A stretch of DNA of 64,000 bases from an uncultured Gammaproteobacteria bacterium (GTDB lineage Bacteria > Patescibacteriota > Patescibacteriia > Magasanikbacterales > GWA2-37-8). The stretch lies in contig CAZETA010000001.1 in NCBI GenBank assembly GCA_964514995.1, positions 15,148 to 79,147 of the forward strand, written 5' to 3'. The position numbers and the translations under genes were made by a program. Each line of letters starts with the position of its first letter. Position 1 is the first letter of the stretch. Below the pieces are notes generated by a model that did no database searches, was not told the DNA's origin, and worked only from the letters and a program-made list of their open reading frames with translations. Shown here piece by piece: positions 46,642 through 54,518 of the stretch.

Positions 46642-47767
46642 CGCCGTTAGTGAAACTCATTTTGTGGAGGTCTTGTTGGTAGCCGTCTTACTGTTGTCTA
46701 TTCGTCAAGCGAAGAAATTTTCTTTTTTTTCCTTAGAAACCACGACTGAGCTAAAAGGGTTGGCAATATTGATGGTCGTATTGTCCCATATTGGGTATTT
46801 TTTGGTCAGCGATCATCGGTTTTTAGTGCCGTTATCCAATTACGCGGGTGTGGGCGTAGATTTGTTTTTGATTTTATCCGGGTATGGATTGGTGGCGAGT
46901 GCTATACAAAAACCATTATCAATAGGGAATTTTTACCTCAAACGATTAGTGCGTGTGTATGTGCCCGTACTAATTACGGTTGTCTTTTTTCTGTTGTTAG
47001 ATTTTTTGTGGCTGGATAAAACATATCCAATCAAAACCATGATAGAAAATATGTTGGGATTTTTTCCTAATGCCGATATTTATGGCGATTTGAATTCTCC
47101 GCTTTGGTACATTACGCCCTTACTTTTTTATTATATATTATTTCCTATTCTCTTTTGGCGAAAATTTCCATTGTTGTCTGCTTTGGCTATGTTGGTGATC
47201 GGTTGGTGGGGCGTAGGATATGTTGGCGTATCCGCCACTTTTGCCGAGGTGATATTTAAGTTATATCGGTTTCATTTTGTGGCGTTTCCAGTTGGTATGG
47301 CTCTCGGAGTCTTTGTTAATCAACCGCCAAAAATTCTAACCGAACTGACAGAACGATTAGGGTATTTTTTCGAAGGAAAGTATCTGGCTACCATTTGTCG
47401 ATGGGCGGTGATGACAATGGCTGCCGGCCTGTTTATTTACATGTATTATCATCCTACGTATGGTCAGAGTTGGAAACGGGAAGTGCTGGCCAGTTTGATT
47501 ACTGTTGGCGCGATCATGGTACTATTTCTCCTAAAAAAAATTAATTTTAAGATACTATACTTGTTTGGTCTATTTTCTTTTGAAATTTATTTGTTGCATT
47601 GGCCGCTATTATACCGATATAATTTTTTATATGGTAATGTGCCAGCCGGCAGCGCAACAATTCTGTATCTGGTTGGATTCATGGGTCTTGCCGCTATATA
47701 TCAACAACTAATAAGACGAATATTTAATCCGATTCGCAGATCAGCATCTCCTGTAAACCCCTCTTAG
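46622..47767 (+). CDS. Acyltransferase family 3 (OatA/OafA-like) integral membrane protein.
   Basis: LKGLAILMVVLSHIGYF N-terminal AT3 signature and about 10 TM helices. Start uncertain: ATG 46622 overlaps the SGNH stop by 20 nt. Confidence 0.7.
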   Translation: MIISIINAVSETHFVEVLLVAVLLLSIRQAKKFSFFSLETTTELKGLAILMVVLSHIGYFLVSDHRFLVPLSNYAGVGVDLFLILSGYGLVASAIQKPLSIGNFYLKRLVRVYVPVLITVVFFLLLDFLWLDKTYPIKTMIENMLGFFPNADIYGDLNSPLWYITPLLFYYILFPILFWRKFPLLSALAMLVIGWWGVGYVGVSATFAEVIFKLYRFHFVAFPVGMALGVFVNQPPKILTELTERLGYFFEGKYLATICRWAVMTMAAGLFIYMYYHPTYGQSWKREVLASLITVGAIMVLFLLKKINFKILYLFGLFSFEIYLLHWPLLYRYNFLYGNVPAGSATILYLVGFMGLAAIYQQLIRRIFNPIRRSASPVNPS

Positions 47768-47775
47768 CTTTAATA

Positions 47776-48474
47776 ATGTGTTGTATGAAAACTACAGATT
47801 TAAGAGCGCAAAATTGGTTTGTTCGTCTCGCTAAAATACTCAACCCATCCATGGCGCTTATCCTGACAAATACAGTTCCATTGGTCGGCATTTTATTGCT
47901 CGGTTGGAGTGTCCTTGAGACAGTGGTGTTGTATTGGTTAGAGAGCGGTATTATTGGGCTGTCTACCCTGGTCTTATTATTTTTAATGCCGATCACTCCG
48001 GCGGATCGGGCCGGTACGCCATTTAATGCAAAGTTATTTTTAATCCCTTTTTTTATTGGCCACTTCAGCCTTTTTATGGTAGCGCACTTATTTTTGATTA
48101 TATTTTTTTTGGGGGATCCTGATCAAGCTAATATATTGTGGCAAGCGGGCGAGATGTTTTGGAATATACCTTCCTTGCGCTGGTCGCTACTCTCACTTTT
48201 TGTCGGTCATGTGTACGCGTTTGTGGTTGACTACCTGTTGACTGGCAAGTACCAAGAACCATTGCGTAAGGAAAATGTTTTTGATGTTGTTCTTCTAAGG
48301 CCGTATAAAAGAATTTTTATTATGCAATTTACGGTATTATTGAGTGCGGGCGCAATTCTTATTTTACGGTTGCCTCAACCGATGGTTCTAGCCATGGTGA
48401 CAGTCAAAATATATTTTGACTGGTTATCATATAAGAAAGAGAAAACGTCCGATATTGCAACTAGTATTTTTTAG
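47776..48474 (+). CDS. Hypothetical polytopic membrane protein.
   Basis: Five or six hydrophobic helices. Confidence 0.4.
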   Translation: MCCMKTTDLRAQNWFVRLAKILNPSMALILTNTVPLVGILLLGWSVLETVVLYWLESGIIGLSTLVLLFLMPITPADRAGTPFNAKLFLIPFFIGHFSLFMVAHLFLIIFFLGDPDQANILWQAGEMFWNIPSLRWSLLSLFVGHVYAFVVDYLLTGKYQEPLRKENVFDVVLLRPYKRIFIMQFTVLLSAGAILILRLPQPMVLAMVTVKIYFDWLSYKKEKTSDIATSIF

Positions 48475-48544
48475 CAAATCAAGCTTTCGTCTAATTTATT
48501 TTTTCTTCTAAATCGGCTATACTAATTATAGACTAAGCAATTGT

Positions 48545-49243
48545 ATGCGTCTGTTATTAGTAGAAGACGAAGAAAATATTGCGATGCCGCTGCGTACCGG
48601 TCTTGAGGCTGAATGTTTTGTTATTGATGTGGCTGCTGATGGAGAGCGGGGTTCATTTTTGGCTCGTACCAATGAGTATGATGTGATTATTTTGGACAAC
48701 ATGTTGCCGAAAAAAAACGGTAGGTTGATTTGTCAAGAAATACGCCAAGATGGGAAGACCGTGCCAATCCTGATCCTGTCTGTTTTAAACGAGGTTGATA
48801 CCAAAGTAGATCTTCTAAATGCGGGCGCTGATGACTATCTCACAAAACCGTTTTCATTCACTGAATTATTAGCGCGAGTTCGGGCGTTGTTGCGACGTCA
48901 GTCCCACATTACTGAAGAAGTGCTCAAAATTGGAGATATCATTCTGGAAGTGCAGGCCCATCGCGTGAAGCGGGGAGAGCGAGAAATTTATTTAACCAGA
49001 AAAGAATTCATCTTGCTTGAATATTTTATGCGAAATCCGGGTGTAGTTTTGTCGCGCGGTAAAATTATGGAACATGTATGGGATATCAATGCCGACCCAT
49101 TCTCTAATACGATTGAAGCGCATATCCGTAGTCTTCGCCAGAAGCTCCAGCTGTCGCGTGACAGTAAGTGCATTCAGACTATTCCGGGTCGCGGTTATCG
49201 GATTGAGTGGCTGTCAACGATAGCTGTTTCGAATAAAGTATAG
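48545..49243 (+). CDS. OmpR-family two-component response regulator.
   Basis: Receiver domain (MRLLLVEDEENIA ... DVIILDNMLP ... K) and a C-terminal winged-helix trans_reg_C domain. Confidence 0.8.
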   Translation: MRLLLVEDEENIAMPLRTGLEAECFVIDVAADGERGSFLARTNEYDVIILDNMLPKKNGRLICQEIRQDGKTVPILILSVLNEVDTKVDLLNAGADDYLTKPFSFTELLARVRALLRRQSHITEEVLKIGDIILEVQAHRVKRGEREIYLTRKEFILLEYFMRNPGVVLSRGKIMEHVWDINADPFSNTIEAHIRSLRQKLQLSRDSKCIQTIPGRGYRIEWLSTIAVSNKV

Positions 49244-49555
49244 TAGGTAATTTGAAATTTATTTTATAATTTTTTTAACTTTTCTTTATTTCCATCCTGC
49301 TATCATATACGCCATAGTCTTGTATAAAAGTCGAAGACTGTTATGTACTATATCGTATATGGCATATATGAAAAAAATGATTGAAGAAATTTTGTTGCAC
49401 AGGGAGGCTCGTGATGCTCAGTACCTCACGACGCTGGTTGCGCACGAAGTGCACGTCGGAGATCCTTGGTTTGGTTGATTTGAACAGGCTGTGTAATGGC
49501 CGCAGTCGCTCTTAGAAGGGCAAGTGTGGGAGGGAGAGGCAATTCATTGAGTATG

Positions 49556-51010
49556 CAACATATTAAGAATTGGCTTTACCAGCTTGTACGTCCGAGAGCG
49601 ACTGAAGAGGATGTGGCGCGTCGAGAATTTATTTTGAATATATTATTGAGCGGTTCAATTGTTTTAATATTTTGTGTTACCATCCTTAATGGGGTTCACG
49701 GATTAGTTGTCACTGACAGGGATAGCTTTGAGAGGAATTCTCTCTCTTTTTTCCTCTTATTTCTAACCTTATTATTTTTTCTACTTCTCTATTTTTTATC
49801 ACGTCGAGGTTTTATCCGTACGGCTTCCTCATTGCTTTTGACCGGCTATCTTATCCTAGCGGCTTTGATGGGGTATAAATGGGGAGTTGATCTGCAGGCG
49901 GAAATTCTCTTATTCGTACTCGTAATTGTGATGACAGGAATTTTAATGAGTGCTCAGGCGGCGGTTTTTCTTACCCTTGGCATTGCGATATTTTTGTTTG
50001 GACTTAATTATCTTCAACGGGCTCAGTTTGTAATTACTAGTCGTGAGTGGCGTACAAATATGTGGGGGCCGGTTGAGGTGTTAGTAACCGTCTTGATTTT
50101 TGGGGTTATTACCACAGTATCATGGCTCTCTAATCGTGAAATTGGTAGGGCGCTTGGCAGGGCACGTCATTCTGAGAGTGAGTTAAAAAAAGAACGTGAT
50201 TTACTGGAGGTAAAAATAGAGGAGCGCACTCAAGAGCTGAAATTAGCTCAAATGGAAAAAATGACGCAACTATATAGATTTGCCGAATTTGGACGGCTTT
50301 CTTCAGGGTTATTTCATGATTTGACTAATCATTTGAGTGCGCTGTTATTAAATGTTGAGCAAATTCAGTCACAAGCATCTGAGTTAGAGCCGGCAGCAGC
50401 ATGTTTGAATCAGGCGAGGAGAGCGAGTGACAGAATGAAGGATTTTATTGTGGCGATTCGTAAGCAAATGGCGGGCGAGCAGTCGATTGCTGCGTTTTCT
50501 GTAAACGAAGAAATTGAAGAAGTGCTGCAGGTGCTTTCGTATAAGGCTCGCCAGCATAATGTTGCTTTTAAATTTGATTTTTCCGAGCTGGTTTGTATTA
50601 CCGGCGATCGGACTAAATGCAGCCAAATCATCATCAATCTGGTCGCTAATGCTATTGATGCGTACGTGGGGCGTCCAAATCTTGATAGTCGAGTTGTGTC
50701 CGTTGTTTTGAATCGCACCGATACGGAAATTCTCCTGAGAGTAACTGATAAAGGTGTGGGCATTCCAGAATCATTGCGAGCTAAAATTTTTGAACCTTTT
50801 TTTACTACCAAAGAATTTTCTCGCGGTACCGGTCTTGGTTTGTCTTTATCAAAAAGAATTATTGAGAAAGATTTTTCAGGCACTATTACTGTAGAAAGTG
50901 AAGAAGGGCTATACACAACTTTTTCTGTCACTTTTCCTCTCGCGCTGTATGTCGAACAAAAAATTACTTACCCAACAACTGCTGTTTCTCAAACAACAGC
51001 AGCAGGCTGA
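49556..51010 (+). CDS. Sensor histidine kinase with a multi-TM N-terminal sensor region.
   Basis: H-box LSSGLFHDLTNHLSAL, and N, G1, G2 boxes (NLVANAIDA, DKGVGIP, GTGLGLSLS). Start placed at MQHIK, which has a gggagggagagg SD upstream. The track start at 49496 lacks an RBS. Confidence 0.75.
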   Translation, partial: QHIKNWLYQLVRPRATEEDVARREFILNILLSGSIVLIFCVTILNGVHGLVVTDRDSFERNSLSFFLLFLTLLFFLLLYFLSRRGFIRTASSLLLTGYLILAALMGYKWGVDLQAEILLFVLVIVMTGILMSAQAAVFLTLGIAIFLFGLNYLQRAQFVITSREWRTNMWGPVEVLVTVLIFGVITTVSWLSNREIGRALGRARHSESELKKERDLLEVKIEERTQELKLAQMEKMTQLYRFAEFGRLSSGLFHDLTNHLSALLLNVEQIQSQASELEPAAACLNQARRASDRMKDFIVAIRKQMAGEQSIAAFSVNEEIEEVLQVLSYKARQHNVAFKFDFSELVCITGDRTKCSQIIINLVANAIDAYVGRPNLDSRVVSVVLNRTDTEILLRVTDKGVGIPESLRAKIFEPFFTTKEFSRGTGLGLSLSKRIIEKDFSGTITVESEEGLYTTFSVTFPLALYVEQKITYPTTAVSQTTAAG

Positions 51011-51026
51011 CGGATCTTTTTTTGAT

Positions 51027-52628
51027 ATGACTGGAGTGCCGTCGCTACTTGCCACTGCTCTTATTCTAGATGCCTTAGCTATTGTACCTGACGAACCGTT
51101 ACTCGCAGAAATAAAAGATAAAGCAGCCCGGTATTTGTTAAGCGCCAAAAATTCAGATTGGATTTTTCCTGTGCCCCTAGGCACAACCTGTATAATCCTT
51201 GCGGCTTTGACAAAGTACAATCGTGAGCTTGTCGAAGGGAGGGCTTTGGCAAATTTGTTACTAACGCTTACGGGCCATGAAGTCCAGGAAGGTGGGCCCT
51301 ATAAGACGAATATATTAGTAAGTTTGGTCGGCCAGGAGAGTCTACCACCAATTGATGTTGGCGCTAATGCGGCAATCGGTTATTTTTTGGCAGGCCAGAG
51401 CGTGCGCTTACCGCAACTTTCAGCCTTTATTGACCAAGCGCAACTGCATAATAAATTTGAGTCAAATGAGTTTGGTGCGACGTTAGTTCAACGACTCGTC
51501 TCTAAGGTATCTGGTAGACCTGCCAGACTTCAGTCCCAGACAAGTGGATTGGAGCAAACGCCAGCGGTAGCCATGGCCTGGGCAATAGAGGACAGTGGTG
51601 TTGCGACAATCCCGCTGGTAGAAAATATAGTCCCAGACATAGCCGAAGCACAGATGTTTGAGCTTATAAAACAAGAAGCTCGGGGGCGTTTTTCAGTTTT
51701 GGCAGACGAGCTACAACAGTTGGCTTTGGGGCAATTAGAAAAAAGCGTTGCTGGCAATAGTAATAAACAAATGTCGCTCATGCCGTTTTATTTTCGAGAA
51801 GCGTTGGGTGAAAAAGGTAAGATGTTTTCGGATGTATATATTGCTCGACTGGGACTAGCAAATATTTTATTTTGGACAGCTTTTATTATCTACGATGATT
51901 TTTGGGATAAGGACGAAGCTGCCTTGCCTCATTTATTGCCCACAGCCAATGTGTATGCTCGTGAATTTATTAAATTTTTCACAGAGATTTTAGCGCCCGC
52001 CTCTGGCTTGCAAGCTTTTTTTCATGCCCTAATGGACAAGTTAGACGCAGCCAATACTTGGGAAACTTTGCATTGTCGCACAGCTGTAGCCGATAGTTTT
52101 TTTAAGCGACCCTTTTGTTTGCCAGAGTTTGACGATTATGAGAAAAAATACGAACCAGCTTCAGCCCATATACTTGGTTCGGTAGTATTATTTTACCAGC
52201 TTGGATTTCCTATTGGTTCAGAGGAGATGAATGCGCTAATTAGTTATTTTAGAAACTACCTTATTCCCATGCAGATAAATGATGATCTGCATGATTGGCA
52301 GGAGGACATGACTCGAGGGCATCTAAGTACGGTAGTAACTATGTTGTTAGAAGATTTGGGGTCTGACCGGGAACAGATTGATTTAGTAAACGACATGGCA
52401 GAGTTGGAATATATGTTTTGGTCTAAGACATTGCCACGAGCTGGCGCGCTAGCTCATAACTATCTTGATAAGGCTCGCACTGCCTTGTATAGTTTATCTA
52501 TCATCGAGAATCGAGCGCCTCTAGAAAGATTTATTATCGGTATTGAACAATCAATCGACGCGGCTTTGAAAGAAAGGGATTTGGTTAGCGATTTTTTAAA
52601 ATATTTTGAAGTTTCGCGGCCACGATAA
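51027..52628 (+). CDS. Isoprenoid synthase-like protein (trans-IPPS / class I terpene synthase fold) with an N-terminal alpha/alpha-toroid-like region.
   Basis: Two Asp-rich motifs 132 aa apart: FIIYDDFWDKD and MQINDDLHDWQED (compare LIHDDIMD / FQIQDDILD of polyprenyl synthases; the second also fits an NSE/DTE-like pattern). N-terminal DGSFFD...TALILDALAIV repeat-like segment. Start uncertain (ATG at 51027 or 50949). Confidence 0.4.
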   Translation: MTGVPSLLATALILDALAIVPDEPLLAEIKDKAARYLLSAKNSDWIFPVPLGTTCIILAALTKYNRELVEGRALANLLLTLTGHEVQEGGPYKTNILVSLVGQESLPPIDVGANAAIGYFLAGQSVRLPQLSAFIDQAQLHNKFESNEFGATLVQRLVSKVSGRPARLQSQTSGLEQTPAVAMAWAIEDSGVATIPLVENIVPDIAEAQMFELIKQEARGRFSVLADELQQLALGQLEKSVAGNSNKQMSLMPFYFREALGEKGKMFSDVYIARLGLANILFWTAFIIYDDFWDKDEAALPHLLPTANVYAREFIKFFTEILAPASGLQAFFHALMDKLDAANTWETLHCRTAVADSFFKRPFCLPEFDDYEKKYEPASAHILGSVVLFYQLGFPIGSEEMNALISYFRNYLIPMQINDDLHDWQEDMTRGHLSTVVTMLLEDLGSDREQIDLVNDMAELEYMFWSKTLPRAGALAHNYLDKARTALYSLSIIENRAPLERFIIGIEQSIDAALKERDLVSDFLKYFEVSRPR

Positions 52629-52711
52629 TTATCAGTTAATATTTGTGGAAACGGTTCTGTTGAATAAATAGAGTCTTTTTGTTACTATAAAAATATTGTT
52701 GTAATCAAAAA

Positions 52712-53296
52712 ATGCAGAATATAAATAATAAGAATATGTTATATCAATGGCAAAAGATTATGGTAGGTATCTTTATTGGTCTGGTGCTTGTCGGTTTTTC
52801 CATTCCTCAATTTAGCCAGGCTCAAGAAGTAGAAACAACAACTAATCCCAATGTGCTAGAAGCGACTCCTCAAAATGTTTCCAATACGGATTTTGATGGG
52901 GCGCAACCAAACGCAGTAGAGCCAACGGCAGGTTCTGCTGGTCCTAGTATTATGAAAAACTTGCAGTTTTTCGGCGATCTATTAGGGATGAAAGCGACTG
53001 ATCCTCGTGCTATTTTAGCGCGACTAGTTAAGTCGGCTTTGAGTCTTCTGGGTATTATTGTGCTTGTCTTGATTTTATGGAGTGGTCTTAAATATATGAC
53101 GGCTGGCGGTGATGAGGAGCGGGCAAAAAATGCTCGAAGTACTTTTGTGAATACGCTTATTGGTCTGTTTATTATTCTAGCGGCTTACAGTATTGTTAAT
53201 TTTGTTTTCGGTGCCCTAACGGGCGCAATCGTGCCTATTGATAATAATAGCGCTCCAGTAAGCCCGGCAAATCCTGACCCTGTAGTTAATCCGTAG
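52712..53296 (+). CDS. TrbC/VirB2-like pilin-domain protein (signal/TM, a soluble segment, then a two-helix membrane hairpin).
   Basis: LLGIIVLVLILWSGLKYMTAGGDEERAKNARSTFVNTLIGLFIILAAYSIVNFVF has the same helix - G..E/D..K - helix pattern as the hairpin in the 18683-20776 protein. Confidence 0.5.
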   Translation: MQNINNKNMLYQWQKIMVGIFIGLVLVGFSIPQFSQAQEVETTTNPNVLEATPQNVSNTDFDGAQPNAVEPTAGSAGPSIMKNLQFFGDLLGMKATDPRAILARLVKSALSLLGIIVLVLILWSGLKYMTAGGDEERAKNARSTFVNTLIGLFIILAAYSIVNFVFGALTGAIVPIDNNSAPVSPANPDPVVNP

Positions 53297-53307
53297 AAGA
53301 AATTTTC

Positions 53308-53335
53308 TTGACGCACTATTTGAGGAGCGTATAAT
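53308..53335 (+). promoter_or_regulatory. Near-consensus sigma70-like promoter.
   Basis: TTGACG, 16-17-nt spacer, TATAAT, 40 nt upstream of a small ORF. Confidence 0.45.
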
Positions 53336-53375
53336 AAAATTATAGTCAGTGCTAATTCATGTTAATTTTTTTCAT

Positions 53376-53525
53376 ATGTTGTGGACTATCGCAGTTATCC
53401 TTTTTGTTCTTTGGCTCCTTGGCTTCGTAGGTTTTCATGTTTTAGGATCATTTATTCATATTTTATTAGTGCTTGCGATTATTGCCGTGCTCATTCGGCT
53501 CATACAGGGCCAAAAGGTTTTGTAG
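53376..53525 (+). CDS. Small membrane protein of the lmo0937 family (49 aa). Not in the ORF track because it is under 60 aa.
   Basis: MLWTIAVILFVLWLLGFVGFHVLGSFIHILLVLAIIAVLIRLIQGQKVL matches the characteristic MLWTI...LWLLG...IHILLV.AII family pattern. Has its own promoter and terminator. Confidence 0.55.
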   Translation: MLWTIAVILFVLWLLGFVGFHVLGSFIHILLVLAIIAVLIRLIQGQKVL

Positions 53526-53546
53526 CATAGTAAATATTTTGAAACT

Positions 53547-53585
53547 AAAAATCCCCGCTCAGAAATTTGAACGGGGATTTTTTAT
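53547..53585. terminator. Bidirectional rho-independent terminator for the small ORF (+) and the HU gene (-).
   Basis: aaaatccccg ctcagaaatttgaa cggggatttttt with A/T runs on both sides. Confidence 0.65.
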
Positions 53586-53593
53586 AGCTGAGA

Positions 53594-53875
53594 TTATAGA
53601 ACTGCTTCCTTTGCAGCTTTAGCAACACGGAATTTAACTACTGTTTTTGCTGGAATATTGATAGTAGCGCCGGTAGCTGGATTGCGTCCCTGGCGAGCTT
53701 TTCGCTGTACTTTTACCAATTTGCCAAGTCCTGGCACGACGAATACGCCGCTTTTCTTAACTTCCTTGTACGCCATTTCTGTCATAGCGTCCAAGAATCC
53801 ACCAACGTCTTTTTTACTCATGCCCGTTTTGTCCGCCATAGCGGCGAGGAGGGCTGATTTTGTTAAACCGGCCAT
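53594..53875 (-). CDS. hup: HU family DNA-binding protein (paralog 1).
   Basis: MAGLTKSALLAAMADKTGMSKKDVGGFLDAMTE...GFGKFEVRKRAARTGRNP-like arm (RKARQGRNPATG). Confidence 0.85.
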   Translation of the reverse strand: MAGLTKSALLAAMADKTGMSKKDVGGFLDAMTEMAYKEVKKSGVFVVPGLGKLVKVQRKARQGRNPATGATINIPAKTVVKFRVAKAAKEAVL

Positions 53876-54022
53876 ATATATTATGGTTATGAATTAAATT
53901 TGACCTGGGTTAATGATAGCAAATCCTTAGGAAAATGCAAACTTTTGTCAATAGACGACCTGTGAACCTTTCTTTTTACGCTTGATTAGTATATACTATT
54001 GATACTCAATTAACAATGTTAT

Positions 54023-54373
54023 ATGCAAGACCTACAAGAAATATTTAATCGCATGCAGGAAACAAAAAAGAAACAAAAGGATATCCGCAGTGCGTATAAG
54101 GATGCCTTAGCCGCATCGGAAGAGTACAAAGAAATTGGCGACAAAATCAAAACTTTGCGCGAACGCAAGAAACAGATTGAAAACACAATAAAAGAATCTT
54201 TTGCTAGCGAATTGACCAAGCTGGATGACTTTAAGATAGATCTTGAGTCTGACGCGACCATGCTCAGTGATATGGCTATGACTAAACTTATGAAAGGGGA
54301 GACGGTCGAGGTGGTCGACCAGTATAACAATACTTATCAGCCAGTGTTTACTGTCAAATTCAAGAAGGCATAA
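54023..54373 (+). CDS. Hypothetical coiled-coil protein (116 aa).
   Basis: Clean ORF with a promoter-like AT-rich upstream region and a terminator. Confidence 0.45.
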   Translation: MQDLQEIFNRMQETKKKQKDIRSAYKDALAASEEYKEIGDKIKTLRERKKQIENTIKESFASELTKLDDFKIDLESDATMLSDMAMTKLMKGETVEVVDQYNNTYQPVFTVKFKKA

Positions 54374-54396
54374 CATAATCTTTTGTACTTTGTCAT

Positions 54397-54424
54397 CCAA
54401 AAACTGCTCTCTGGTAGAGCTGTT
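54397..54424 (+). terminator. Terminator-like hairpin.
   Basis: aaaactgctctc tggta gagctgtttt. Confidence 0.45.
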
Positions 54425-54518
54425 TTATGGATCAAAAATTACAGTTAGTTTATATAGGAAAAAATATTTTTTTCTGTTATACTATAAGTGGCTTTTTCAG
54501 CCATCTTGTTTTTAGAGT

